Of a stretch of DNA of 63,186 nt, positions 8,071-17,472 are shown one piece after another. The stretch lies in NCBI GenBank assembly GCA_964483415.1, contig CAZAAR010000002.1:1-63186 (forward strand), written 5' to 3'. The first letter of the stretch is position 1; each line of letters starts with the position of its first letter. The notes beneath the pieces were generated by a model, which saw nothing but the letters and a program-made list of their open reading frames with translations, was not told where the DNA came from and did no database searches. The position numbers were made by a program, and so were the translations under genes. The DNA is from an uncultured Oscillospiraceae bacterium (lineage in GTDB: Bacteria > Bacillota > Clostridia > Oscillospirales > Ruminococcaceae).

Positions 8071-10167
8071 TTATTTTTGCTTAAATTCTCCCCAGTCGGG
8101 GTTTTCCGAGGGCGGGCCGGGCATATCCGGGTCGGGCCTGCCGCCGAACTCCGGTTCCCCGCAAAGGTTTGGATTCTCCGGCTCGGGAATGCCCCCCGCC
8201 CGGCAAAGAGAGCCGGCGTCTCCGGCGGCATCCTCCGAATTTCCCGTCACGCCGGCGAGGATGGCCCTCTGCCTTTTGAGACGGTAGAGGAAGAACGCGA
8301 GCCCGAGCGCCACGAGCAGGATCCCGACGCCGGCGGCGATCCAGAGCAGCGGGGAGGCCGGCCCCTGCCGCAGCTCGACCCAGAGCAGCAGGAACGGCGA
8401 GAGGCTGGTGAAGCCGATCTCAAAGGCGGCGGCGTCGGCGCTCTGGCCGAGCGCGACCTCGACGACCGTGGCGTCGTCGGAGAGGTAGGCGAAGCGGGCC
8501 GGCGCCGCGGAGGGATCGGCGATCACGGCGCGGCAGATCCCCCGGCTCTCCACCAGGGAGACGGACTCGGAATCCTCGGTGCCGCCGTCGGCGAGGTCGT
8601 ACCAGACCGTCTTGCCGTCGGTCAGCTTATAGTAGCCGTCCCCTTCAAAAGCGTCGAGCGGCGTCACGTGCGCCATGGCGATTCTGGAGGACCTGTACGG
8701 AGAATCCGGGATGCCGGAGCCTCCGCCCGTGCGAAACAGGACGGTTCCGGCGGTTTTGCCGCCGTACGCGGAACCGCCGCTCTGGAGCGCGAGGTCGAAC
8801 GCTGCCGCCGCGGCGCCGTTTTCGATCAGGAAAGCGGTAGTGGGGTCGGTGCCGGCGGCGTCCGTGATCGGGTTGACCAAGAGCTCCGCGTGCTCGACGC
8901 CGTTTTCGAGGCGCACGATGATGTCGGAGACCGGCGTGTCGCCGGAGATGGTGTAGGAGAGGGTCTTGGGCTCGGGCGCGGATTCCTCGGGCGCGGATTC
9001 CTCGGGTACGGATTCCGGTTCGCCGGCCGCTTCGGAGGAGGTTGTTTCTTCGGGCGCGGAGCTTGCCTCGGGCGTGGAGATCGTCTCCGGCGCGGAGGTC
9101 TCCAAAGCCCACTGGGCGGTGGCGGTGTCATTGCCGGCGATCACCACGGAGGTGCCCTCCGGGATCACGGTCCGGATGGAGCCGATCAGCCACCCGGCAA
9201 AGGCGTAGCCCGCGCGGGTGAACGTGTTTTCCGCGAGCGTGATGGTCTGTCCGGCCTCGTAGGTCTCCGTGTAGGGCGCGCCCTGCCCCTCGCCGGGCTG
9301 ATAGGTCAGCTCGGCGCCGGCGTCCTTCCAGACCGCCTTAATGATCAGGCCGTCCCGCGCGGAATATTTGTCGCCAGGGCGCAGGAGCGTACCCGCGACG
9401 TCCCATCCCGCGAAGGCGTACCCGGCGAGCGTGTAGGGATTGTCGGGGAGCGTATAGCTCTTGCCGTATTCCGCGTAGAAGGAGGCGGGGTCGGCGCCCT
9501 TCGCCCCGGTCGTGCCGGAGCGGAAGTAGACCGGGTAATCGCCGTCGTCGAGCCAGGCCGCGGTCAGCGTCATGTTGTAGCTGGCGTTAAAAGGCTCCTC
9601 GCTGACGTCGACCTGGTCGCCTTTCAAAAAGGTGTTCCCGATCTTATCCATCCAGAAGACGAAGCGGTATCCGTCCTCCTTGTATTCCGCGAAATCGTCG
9701 AAAACGGATTCCGGGGCCTCCGCCTCAAAATCGCCCGGGTAGGTCTTTTTTACGGAGCCCTTGCCCGCGTCGCCGGCGCTGTAAGTGACGCCGTAGCTGA
9801 CGCCGTGTCCGGCGTCGTCCTCGTCCTCGTCCCAGACGGCGGTCAGTTTCAGCGCGCCGCCGTCAAAACTGCGGAACCGGACGGTGTCTTTCGGCGAATA
9901 TTCCTTGCCGTTCTGGTCCTCCCAGCAGTAAAATTCGTACCCGTCTTCTATATAGTCGTCGTAGTCGTCGAAGACGGCGCCGGGGCGCAGGATCGTGTAA
10001 CTGTCGCCCTCGTCGACGTTTTTGCAGACGTCGGGCACGCGCTCGTCCCTGTCCGCCTCGCCCGCGTAGTAGTAGACGGTGTAGTTTGCGGCGAAGGCGG
10101 TCGCCGCGGCGGAGAGCAGGAGCGCGGCCGCAAGGAGAACGGCCAGAGACCGACGGATCCTTTTCAC
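8071..10167 (-). CDS. large type-I membrane surface protein, paralog A (signal peptide, Listeria-Bacteroides/InlB-B-type repeats, acidic S/P/E linker, unknown C-domain, TM helix, cytoplasmic tail)
   Basis: 698 aa. GTG start 7 nt after GGGAGGG. Signal peptide MKRIRRSLAVLLAAALLLSAAATAFA. Repeat signatures TLAGYAFAGWDV and TRAGYAFAGWLIGS, plus degenerate DGYEFYCWED and DGYRFVFWMD modules. C-terminal TM LLWIAAGVGILLVALGLAFFLY followed by RLKRQR. Confidence 0.75.
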   Translation of the reverse strand: MKRIRRSLAVLLAAALLLSAAATAFAANYTVYYYAGEADRDERVPDVCKNVDEGDSYTILRPGAVFDDYDDYIEDGYEFYCWEDQNGKEYSPKDTVRFRSFDGGALKLTAVWDEDEDDAGHGVSYGVTYSAGDAGKGSVKKTYPGDFEAEAPESVFDDFAEYKEDGYRFVFWMDKIGNTFLKGDQVDVSEEPFNASYNMTLTAAWLDDGDYPVYFRSGTTGAKGADPASFYAEYGKSYTLPDNPYTLAGYAFAGWDVAGTLLRPGDKYSARDGLIIKAVWKDAGAELTYQPGEGQGAPYTETYEAGQTITLAENTFTRAGYAFAGWLIGSIRTVIPEGTSVVIAGNDTATAQWALETSAPETISTPEASSAPEETTSSEAAGEPESVPEESAPEESAPEPKTLSYTISGDTPVSDIIVRLENGVEHAELLVNPITDAAGTDPTTAFLIENGAAAAAFDLALQSGGSAYGGKTAGTVLFRTGGGSGIPDSPYRSSRIAMAHVTPLDAFEGDGYYKLTDGKTVWYDLADGGTEDSESVSLVESRGICRAVIADPSAAPARFAYLSDDATVVEVALGQSADAAAFEIGFTSLSPFLLLWVELRQGPASPLLWIAAGVGILLVALGLAFFLYRLKRQRAILAGVTGNSEDAAGDAGSLCRAGGIPEPENPNLCGEPEFGGRPDPDMPGPPSENPDWGEFKQK

Positions 10168-10262
10168 AAAACATCCCTCCCAATCGAAATTCCCGCGGAC
10201 CGGGATACGAAGATAAAACGAAGCCCCCGGAGGATTCCGGAGGCTTTTTGTGAGGAAAAAGA

Positions 10263-12449
10263 TTATTCTTTCTTCAGAAAGCTGTTCCAGCTGCGGTAAT
10301 TCTCGTCGTCTTCCCCGGCGGTGGCGACATCGAATCCTTTTTTCGCCTCGGGATCGGAGGCCCGCTCGAATCCCTCGTCATTATAAAAATGCGGGGCGGC
10401 GGGGGCCGCTTCCTTGGCCATGGCCTTTTGCGGGGCTTCCCTGCGGGTGAGGCGCTCGGCCGCCTGCTGTTCCTCCCTGGCGTTCCTGCCGCGGATCACA
10501 AGCAGGACCACGACGAGGATGGCAAAGATCAGACCGCCGCCGATGGCGATCCAGACCCAGAGCGGAAGTCCGCCGCCGGCCGCTTCATTGATCTCCACCC
10601 AAGCGATCAGGAACGGGGAGAGGCTCGTGAAGTCGATGTCGAAGGTGTCGGCGTTGGCGTTCGGGATCAGCCGGACTTCCACGACGGTGCCCGCGTCGGA
10701 GAGATAGGCGAATTCATCGGGCGCTTCGATGCGGTCTTTGATGAAGATGCGGTTGATGCCGTTCTCCGTCTTGAAGCCGAAGAAGTTCACTTCGCTCTCC
10801 TCGCCGGATGTGCTGTTGAAATAGAGCACTTTTTTGCCGTCCGGGCGGTAATAGCCCTTGCCGTCGAATTTATCGATGCCGACCACGTGGATCACCGCGA
10901 TGACGGCTTCGTCGTACGGGGCTTTGGCGATCCCCGTGCTGCCCTGCATCTCAAAGGAGACGGTCCCGGAGACGGCGTCGCCGTACGTGCTGCCGTCCAC
11001 GAGCAGGGAGAGGTCGAACGCGGCGACGGCGTCTCCGCTGTCGATCAGCGCGGCGGTGGTGTTGTCGGCGGCGTTGCTGCCGTTGACGGCGGTCACCCAG
11101 AGCTGGGCGTTGCCGACGTCGTCGTCAAGCACCGCGGAGATGCCGGAGACCGGGGTCTCGCCGGAGATCGTGTAGGAGAGGGTGTTGTCGGTCTCCTCCT
11201 CCTCGGGCGCGGATTCCTCCGGCTCGGAGCTCGTCTCGGGCTCGCTGGGGGCCTCGGAGCTGGACTCCGGCACGCTGGTGGCGGGCTGGGAGGTGGCCGG
11301 CTGCGAGGTAGCGGGCTGGGAGGTGGCGATGGCGGTCCACTGCGCGGTGGCGGTGTCGTTGCCGTTGATCGTCACGGACGTGCCCGCGGCGAACGTCTTG
11401 CTGACGGAGCCGATCCACCAGCCGATGAAGTTGTAGCCGTCGCGGGTGAAGCTGTTGGTATCGAGCTTGATGGAGGTGCCGGCCGTATAGGTCTTGGTAT
11501 AGGCGGTGCCCGCGCCCTTGCCCGGGCCGTATGTAAGGGTCACGTTGGTGGCGGCGGCCCATGTGGCCGTGATCGTCAGGTTCTTTTTGACCGTGACTTT
11601 ATCCCCGGCCTTCTTGACCGAGCCGTCAACGTCCCATCCGGCAAAGGTGTAGCCGGTGAGCTTATAGGGGTTGCTCGGCAGGGTGATCGAGGCGTTGTAG
11701 GCGACGGTCTGGGTGGCGGGGCTCGTGCCGGTGGCCTTGCTGTTGCCGGCGGCGTATTTCACCGTGCAGGTGTCGCTCTCGTCCCAGATCGCGGTCAGCG
11801 TGAGCTGATCCTTGCTGTTGAAGGCCTCCTCCGGGATGGTCTTCCCGGCCCGGTAAGTCTCGTCCTCATAATCTTCGTCGCCCTTGGTGACCTCCCAGCA
11901 GTCGAATTCGTATCCTTCGTAATCTTTCTCTTTGAAAATCTTGTCGATCTTCGGGGCCGTGAAATCGCCGTCGACATATTTTACCACGTCGTTGGCGTCG
12001 CCGGCGTCGCCGATCTTATAGGTGACTTTGAAATCACCGTCGCCGCCGCCGCTCTCTTCCCAGACGGCGGTCAATTTCATTACATCGCCCTCGTCGACGT
12101 CGTCGACCTCGTCGCCGGGATAGACTTTGATCGTCTTCGACCCGGGCTTGTATTCCCAGTAGCGGAACGTCCAGCCTTTGTAATCGTTCTTATCCCAGAC
12201 GTCGTCCGGCCCTAAGATTTCGACGCCGTCGTCCACATCGTCTTCGTCATAATATTCTTTTACGGTTTCCAAATCATCGTCTTCCGGGCCGTCGCCGACC
12301 TTGTACCAGATGCTGAGGTAATGGGTGGCTGCTTCCGCGGTCACGGCGGGGCCGGCGGTGCCGAAGGCGTCGAGCAGGAGCGTGGCTCCCGCGCCGAAGA
12401 CCATCAGCGCCGCGAGGCACAGCGCGACCACATTTTTAAAGAGTTTCAC
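10263..12449 (-). CDS. large type-I membrane surface protein, paralog B (same architecture as 8071-10167)
   Basis: The track ORF of 822 aa is trimmed to the GTG at 12449 (GGAGGG RBS, then VKLFKNVVALCLAALMVFGAGA signal peptide). It carries LTGYTFAGWDV and TRDGYNFIGWWIGS repeats, an ATSQPATSQPATSQP linker, and the shared blocks TLSYTISGETPVS, FAYLSDAGTVVEV and FTSLSPFLIAWVE. TM helix, then RGRNAREEQ. Confidence 0.75.
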   Translation of the reverse strand: MKLFKNVVALCLAALMVFGAGATLLLDAFGTAGPAVTAEAATHYLSIWYKVGDGPEDDDLETVKEYYDEDDVDDGVEILGPDDVWDKNDYKGWTFRYWEYKPGSKTIKVYPGDEVDDVDEGDVMKLTAVWEESGGGDGDFKVTYKIGDAGDANDVVKYVDGDFTAPKIDKIFKEKDYEGYEFDCWEVTKGDEDYEDETYRAGKTIPEEAFNSKDQLTLTAIWDESDTCTVKYAAGNSKATGTSPATQTVAYNASITLPSNPYKLTGYTFAGWDVDGSVKKAGDKVTVKKNLTITATWAAATNVTLTYGPGKGAGTAYTKTYTAGTSIKLDTNSFTRDGYNFIGWWIGSVSKTFAAGTSVTINGNDTATAQWTAIATSQPATSQPATSQPATSVPESSSEAPSEPETSSEPEESAPEEEETDNTLSYTISGETPVSGISAVLDDDVGNAQLWVTAVNGSNAADNTTAALIDSGDAVAAFDLSLLVDGSTYGDAVSGTVSFEMQGSTGIAKAPYDEAVIAVIHVVGIDKFDGKGYYRPDGKKVLYFNSTSGEESEVNFFGFKTENGINRIFIKDRIEAPDEFAYLSDAGTVVEVRLIPNANADTFDIDFTSLSPFLIAWVEINEAAGGGLPLWVWIAIGGGLIFAILVVVLLVIRGRNAREEQQAAERLTRREAPQKAMAKEAAPAAPHFYNDEGFERASDPEAKKGFDVATAGEDDENYRSWNSFLKKE

Positions 12450-12660
12450 AAAGATCCCTCCTAAATTGGAATATATTACTACAAGATGGATTATAGCATA
12501 CCGGCCGGGGAAAGTCACTACCGCAAATATTAAATTCTTTTTAAAATAGGGGAGGCGCCGGCGCGTTTTCGGGCGGTTTGAGGCGATTTCGGCCGATTTC
12601 CCCCGCGGGGCGAGGGAAGCGGAGTCCCGCAGATTCGGACATGCCGGGCGAGAAAAACAC

Positions 12661-12689
12661 TTGTCAAGAAAAAAGCGATTTGCTATAAT
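12661..12689 (+). promoter_or_regulatory. sigma-A-type promoter for tRNA-Leu
   Basis: TTGTCA (12661-12666), 17 nt spacer, TATAAT (12684-12689), about 43 nt upstream of the tRNA 5' end. Confidence 0.6.
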
Positions 12690-12731
12690 AGAGCAGCGAT
12701 TATGTGGCCCAAAAAAACATCCCCCGCGCAT

Positions 12732-12818
12732 GCCGCTGTGGTGGAACGGCAGACACCGCGGACTTAAAATCCGCCGCCCGTTAAGGGCATACCAGTTCGA
12801 GTCTGGTCAGCGGCACCA
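12732..12818 (+). tRNA. tRNA-Leu (anticodon UAA), type II with long variable arm, CCA encoded
   Basis: The acceptor GCCGCTG pairs with CAGCGGC. Anticodon loop is CT-TAA-AA inside the CCGCGGACTTAAAATCCG stem-loop. Long variable arm, T-arm CCAGTTCGAGTCTGG, terminal ACCA. Confidence 0.9.
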
Positions 12819-13164
12819 GGCAGGCAAGGCCTGCGCAATTCGCGCTCCTCACGCTGTGGGGAGCCGTTTTGTTTTTTGCAGGCATCCGCGTCCGCAACTG
12901 AACGGGGCGAAGCTCCGCCGGGCCTTTTCTTTTTATCGCCACCTTTGTCTCCGCGTTAAAAATCCTCGTTCAAACGGAGCGGGGAAAATCCGGGCCCGCG
13001 TGCGAGACGCCCTCGCGTGTGCGGGGGCGTCTGTTTCGCACTCATGCCCGCAGCGTACCTGCTCTTGCGGTCCCGGGCGGATATTTTGGGGAGAAAGCCC
13101 GGGTACCTTAGAATAAGTGGAAAAAAGAGGCGGTTTTGTTGCGGGTTTCCAAAAAAAACCGCCT

Positions 13165-13198
13165 AAAAAAGCAAGCTCCGAAGGGAGCTTGCTTTTTT
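13165..13198. terminator. bidirectional hairpin terminator between tRNA-Leu and ribU
   Basis: AAGCAAGCTCC-GAAG-GGAGCTTGCTT flanked by A6 upstream and T6 downstream. Confidence 0.6.
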
Positions 13199-13331
13199 GA
13201 TGGGACAAAAGGCCGCGCGGCCTGCGAGCACGGCGAGGGCCTGATCGCCCGCTCGCGGCGGCACCGCGTCGCCGGGGACGGGTTTTTTCGCGGGCAGGGG
13301 GATCTCCATCCCGTCGCGGATCGCGGCGGCG

Positions 13332-13880
13332 TCACCGGTCCGTCTCTTTATGTATGAACCGGCTGATGCGTTTGTAGACGAGGGCCGTGACGAGCGCGTT
13401 GACGCCCGCCTTGAGCAGATTAAAGGGCAGGATCACCGGCAGCATCATCTGGAGCACGGCGTCGCGCGGCGTGTTCATGAAGACCGGCGTCAGCCAGAGG
13501 TTCATCCCGGCCATGACGGCGGTCTGCAACAGGACGCCCGCCGCGAGCGCGAGGTAGGCGGCGCCGCGGTTTTTGTGCAGGCGGTAGATGCTCCCGGCGG
13601 CGAGGGCGAAGCACCCGGTCGCCGCGAAGTGCATGACGATGCCGATGGGGCCGCTGCCGGAGCTGACGGTGAGCCCTTGGATCGCCGAGACGACCGCGGT
13701 CAGCAGAAGGCCCCACCACGGCCCGAACAGGAAGGTACCGATCAGGATCGGGATGTCCGCCGGGTCATATTCAAGGAAGGGCGCCGGCGGGAACGGAATC
13801 CGTATCAGCATCATCAGCGCGATCGAGCAGGCCGCCAGCGCGCCGAGCGTCACGATTTTTTTTGTGGAAATCGGTTTCAT
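13332..13880 (-). CDS. ribU: ECF-transporter substrate-specific (S) component, riboflavin type
   Basis: About 182 aa and multi-TM (IPFPPAPFLEYDPADIPILIGTFLFGPWWG...). ATG at 13880 follows GAGGTGA. An FMN riboswitch lies directly upstream. Confidence 0.8.
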   Translation of the reverse strand: MKPISTKKIVTLGALAACSIALMMLIRIPFPPAPFLEYDPADIPILIGTFLFGPWWGLLLTAVVSAIQGLTVSSGSGPIGIVMHFAATGCFALAAGSIYRLHKNRGAAYLALAAGVLLQTAVMAGMNLWLTPVFMNTPRDAVLQMMLPVILPFNLLKAGVNALVTALVYKRISRFIHKETDR

Positions 13881-14007
13881 ATAGATCACCTCGCGGCCGG
13901 CCCGTGGGACCGGCCAAATCGTCGGAACGGCCGCGGGGGTCGTCTCCGGAAACGTATTTTCTTACCGTGGCTATACGGGCGCTTTCTTTATAGCACGCCG
14001 CGCGGCG

Positions 14008-14205
14008 GAAAAAAAGAGAGCCCCGATGAAACAACTGTCATCGGGGCCGTTTGCCATGGTTCGTTTCGCCATCCGGACTTTACCGTCGGTACCGGAATCA
14101 CACCGGTTCAGTCGCGCCCCGTCGGGCCGCAAGTCTCGGACTAATCCGGCAAAAAGCCGGACATTACCGCCGGTAGGGAGTTTCACCCTGCCCCGAAACA
14201 ATTTT
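14008..14205 (-). promoter_or_regulatory. FMN riboswitch (RFN element) with terminator expression platform
   Basis: The minus strand reads TCGGGGCAGGGTGAAACTCCCTACCGGCGGTAA...AGTCCGAGAC...CCGGTGTGATTCCGGTACCGACGGTAAAGTCCGGATGGCGAAACGA. This matches the conserved RFN core. It is followed by hairpin CGGCCCCGATGA...TCATCGGGGC and a T-run (14008-14047). Confidence 0.9.
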
Positions 14206-14273
14206 TTAAAAACGGATTTTACTCCTTGTCGTCCTCTTCCTCGATTTCTTCCTCAAGGTAGAAAGGAACAGAT

Positions 14274-14699
14274 TTACTCTTTCTCGCCCTCGTCCACGTC
14301 TTCTTCCTCAAGATCAAACTCGAGGAGCTCGCCGCAGTTCGGGCATTTCATCTCTCCGCCGTTGATGGTGTCCTCGTCCACGCAGATGGACTCGCCGCAG
14401 GCCGGGCATTTGACTTCATACATGCCGTTCTCGTCGCAGTGGCAGCAGGAGCAGCCGTCCTCGTCCTCGTCCTCATCCTCTTCGCCGTAATAATCGTCCT
14501 CAAGGCGGCCCAGGTCCTCGTCGATCGCCTCGACCTCCTCGCCCAGCTCGCCCAGTTCGTCCTCGGCGTCGGAGATCGCGTACGCGACGTCCTCCAAAAT
14601 CTCGGAGATGGCCTTGATGAGCTTCGTCTCCTTGTTGTCCTCGAGCTCCATGCCCTCGATAAGCCCTTTCAGATGGGCGACTTTTTCAGTGATGTTCAT
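14274..14699 (-). CDS. small highly acidic protein with a C-terminal double CxxC zinc-ribbon (conserved clostridial hypothetical)
   Basis: 141 aa. Coiled/acidic N-half, EEDEDEDEDG tract, then CSCCHC...CPACGESICVDED...CPNCGELLEFD. Confidence 0.7.
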   Translation of the reverse strand: MNITEKVAHLKGLIEGMELEDNKETKLIKAISEILEDVAYAISDAEDELGELGEEVEAIDEDLGRLEDDYYGEEDEDEDEDGCSCCHCDENGMYEVKCPACGESICVDEDTINGGEMKCPNCGELLEFDLEEEDVDEGEKE

Positions 14700-14775
14700 A
14701 AACGGAAACCCTCCATCATTCTTTTTTTGTTGGGTGGAAAACGCGTTGCTTTTCGGAAGATAGTATGCCCGGAAA

Positions 14776-15333
14776 TCAGGCTCGTTCCATATATTCGCCG
14801 ACGCGGGTGTCGACGCGGATGCGGTCGCCCTCGTTGATGAAGAGCGGCACCTTGATCTCGGCGCCGGTCTCGACGACGGCGGGTTTGGTGACGTTCGTGG
14901 CGGTGTCGCCGCGGACGCCCGGCTCGGTGTGCGTGACCTCGAGCTCGACGAAGGTCGGCGGCTCGACGCCGAAGATGTTGCCCTTATAGGACATGACCTT
15001 GCAGTCCATGTTCTCGAGCACGAATTTGAAGTTGTCGCCGAGGGTGCCTTTCGCGATCGGGACGGTCTCGAAGCTCTCCGGGTCCATAAAATAGTAGAGA
15101 TCGCCGTCGTTGTAGAGATACTGCATCTCTTTTCTTTCGATATAGGCGGACGGGAATTTGTCGGACGGGTTAAACGTGCGCTCTACCACGCCGCCGGAGA
15201 TCACGTTGCGGATCTTCGTGCGCACAAAGGCGGCGCCTTTGCCCGGCTTGACGTGCTGGAACTCGATGATCGAGTATACGTTTCCGTCCATCTCGAAGGT
15301 CGCGCCGTTTCTGAAATCGCCGGCAGAAATCAT
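14776..15333 (-). CDS. efp: translation elongation factor P
   Basis: [44 protein letters not shown]... ATG at 15333 is preceded by GGAGGT. The track ORF start at 15369 is an upstream extension. Confidence 0.95.
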   Translation of the reverse strand: MISAGDFRNGATFEMDGNVYSIIEFQHVKPGKGAAFVRTKIRNVISGGVVERTFNPSDKFPSAYIERKEMQYLYNDGDLYYFMDPESFETVPIAKGTLGDNFKFVLENMDCKVMSYKGNIFGVEPPTFVELEVTHTEPGVRGDTATNVTKPAVVETGAEIKVPLFINEGDRIRVDTRVGEYMERA

Positions 15334-15492
15334 AGTTTTACCTCCTAATTGTAAGTACGCGGATTTCAACAGTTAAATTTTACCCGATTTCTCCCTGTTT
15401 TGCAATACTTTTGCGTACGAAAATAGGGGCGGGGAGGAGGGGGCGCCTGATTTTTTCTTTAAAAGCGGGGAAAAGGCCCCGGTTTTGCTTCC

Positions 15493-16557
15493 TCAGAGCC
15501 GGATCAGGCTCTTTTCGCTCTTCGTGATGACGTCGCAGCCGTCCTCGGTGATCTGCACGATGTCCTCGATCCGGACGCCGAAGCGCCCCTCGAGGTAGAC
15601 CCCCGGCTCCACGCTCATCACAAGCCCGGCGGCCGCGATTTCCTTGCAGGTCGGGGAGAAGCGCGGGTCCTCGTGGATCTCAAGGCCCAGCGAGTGCCCC
15701 AGCCCGTGGCCGAATCTGCCCTCGTAGCCCGCGCCGTAGATGATCTTGCGGGCGACGGCGTCGATCTCGTCGCAGGGGAGACCGGGGCGCACCGCGGCCT
15801 CGGCCGCGGTCTGCGCCTCGAGGACGAGGTTGTAGACGGCCTCCTGCTCGTCGGTGATGCCGCCCACGGCGACGGTCCTCGTCATGTCGGAGCAGTAGCC
15901 GTTGACGGCCGCGCCGAAGTCCATCGTGACGAAGTCGCCGTCTTTAATGATATTCGCCCCGGGCACGGCGTGCGGCATCGAACCGTTCGCGCCGGCGGCG
16001 AGGATGGTCTCAAAGGCGAGCCCGGTCGCGCCGTTTCGCAGCATGTAGAAATCGAGCTCAAGCTGCAGATCCTTCTCGGAGAGGCCGGGCTTGATCAGAT
16101 CCAGCATGTGGAGGAAGGTCTTATCGGTGACCGCCTGCGCGGCGCGGATCTCCCGCATCTCGTCGGGCGTCTTGACGCGGCGCTGGTTTAAAATGACGCA
16201 GTTGAGACGCGGGTCGTCCTTCATCTCGACATTCAGCACTTTGCGCAGGCTGAAGAGCTTCTCGACGGTCATATAGCCGGATTCGACGCCGACGGTTTTG
16301 ACATGGTGCTCCTCAAAATAATCATTGAGCTGCTCGGTCAGGTCGCCGGTCAAGACGACGCGCGCGTCGGTGATCGTGCGCGTGCCGGCCTCGATGTAGC
16401 GGGAATCCAGAAAGATCGTCGCGTCGTCCCTTGTGACGACGAGCACGCCCGCGCTGGAGTTGAATCCGGTATAATATCTGCGGTTGACGGCCGAGTTAAT
16501 AAACGCGGCGTCCAGATCCTCCGGGAGCTCCCCGGCAAGGCGCTTGATTCTGTCCAT
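15493..16557 (-). CDS. pepP: Xaa-Pro aminopeptidase / M24 family peptidase
   Basis: 354 aa. Creatinase-like N-domain followed by metal ligands in DMTRT, GHGLGHSLGLEIHE and VEPGVY. Confidence 0.85.
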   Translation of the reverse strand: MDRIKRLAGELPEDLDAAFINSAVNRRYYTGFNSSAGVLVVTRDDATIFLDSRYIEAGTRTITDARVVLTGDLTEQLNDYFEEHHVKTVGVESGYMTVEKLFSLRKVLNVEMKDDPRLNCVILNQRRVKTPDEMREIRAAQAVTDKTFLHMLDLIKPGLSEKDLQLELDFYMLRNGATGLAFETILAAGANGSMPHAVPGANIIKDGDFVTMDFGAAVNGYCSDMTRTVAVGGITDEQEAVYNLVLEAQTAAEAAVRPGLPCDEIDAVARKIIYGAGYEGRFGHGLGHSLGLEIHEDPRFSPTCKEIAAAGLVMSVEPGVYLEGRFGVRIEDIVQITEDGCDVITKSEKSLIRL

Positions 16558-16580
16558 AAGATGCCTCCGTTAATCAGGTT

Positions 16581-17057
16581 TTATTCGATGATAAAACGCT
16601 CAAGCCAGCGTTTGAGCCTAAAAAAGACCGTCCCCTCCGGGCGGATGGGCTTGGTCAAAAAGACCTTCGCGCCGAAGTATTTGCCGCCGATCAGGTCCGT
16701 AAAGAGCTGGTCCCCGATGACGACGGTGTCCTCGGGCGGGACGCCCAGCAGGTCGCAGGCCTTGCGAAAGCCGTAGGGCAGCGGCTTCCGGCCGTTTTCG
16801 ACGTAGGGCAGGCCGAGTTTTTGCGCGAAAGGGGCGATCCGCTCGGCGCGGTTGTTGGAGACGATGACCATCGGAAATCCGGCCGCCTGCATTTTTTCGA
16901 TCCATTCCGGCACGCCTTTGAGCGGCTTTTGGGAGCCGTGGGTGGAGAGCGTGTTGTCGACGTCGAGGATCAGCGCCTTGCCGCCGACGGCGCGCACGTC
17001 CTCCGGCGTGATGCCGGTGACCCGGCGAAAGCGGTGTTTCGGGCGATAGATCGGCAT
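16581..17057 (-). CDS. yqeG: YqeG-family HAD-IIIA phosphatase
   Basis: 158 aa. LILDVDNTL (DxDxT), VSNN, and GDQLFTDLIGG motifs. Confidence 0.8.
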   Translation of the reverse strand: MPIYRPKHRFRRVTGITPEDVRAVGGKALILDVDNTLSTHGSQKPLKGVPEWIEKMQAAGFPMVIVSNNRAERIAPFAQKLGLPYVENGRKPLPYGFRKACDLLGVPPEDTVVIGDQLFTDLIGGKYFGAKVFLTKPIRPEGTVFFRLKRWLERFIIE

Positions 17058-17126
17058 CTTCCCCCTCCTTTCCGAATGGCAATAAGAAAGCGGACGACTA
17101 ACGCCATCCGCCTTCCATGTGGCTTA

Positions 17127-17300
17127 TTAATACTTGCGCTTCCGGGCGGCCTCGGATTTCTTTTTGCGTTTTACCGAAGGCTTCTCGTACGATTCTCTCT
17201 TCCGGACTTCCGCGAGGACGCCGGAGCGGGCGCACTGGCGCTTAAAACGTCTGAGAGCGCTGTCCAAAGACTCGTTTTCTTTTACATGAACTTCTGCCAT
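17127..17300 (-). CDS. rpsU: 30S ribosomal protein S21
   Basis: Below the track's length cut-off. Manual translation gives [57 protein letters not shown] (57 aa). Confidence 0.9.
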   Translation of the reverse strand: MAEVHVKENESLDSALRRFKRQCARSGVLAEVRKRESYEKPSVKRKKKSEAARKRKY

Positions 17301-17472
17301 TACCTGATTCCCTCCTTCGCCTCAAAGGCCGGAGCTAAAGGGCGTTTTCGCCCTCCGTACATGAATGTAACGGGATTATTATATTCCATGCGTTCCCGCG
17401 TGTCAAGTGGGAAACGCGGCGAAAAGATTTTTCCTGTTCTGAAAATTTGCGGATTCGACAGCGGCCGCCCGG

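Noticed and set aside
8077-12215. Plus-strand ORFs of 740 aa (8077-10299) and 608 aa (10389-12215)
   Set aside because: They are antisense to the two surface-protein genes. The sequence is Gly/Arg/Val-rich nonsense, with no signal peptides, domains or RBS.
12732-13331. Genomic island or integrated element at the tRNA-Leu 3' end
   Set aside because: About 500 nt of non-coding sequence follows the tRNA, but it holds no integrase, no ORF with coding signal, and no direct repeat of the tRNA 3' end that I could see. It contains only hairpins and terminators.
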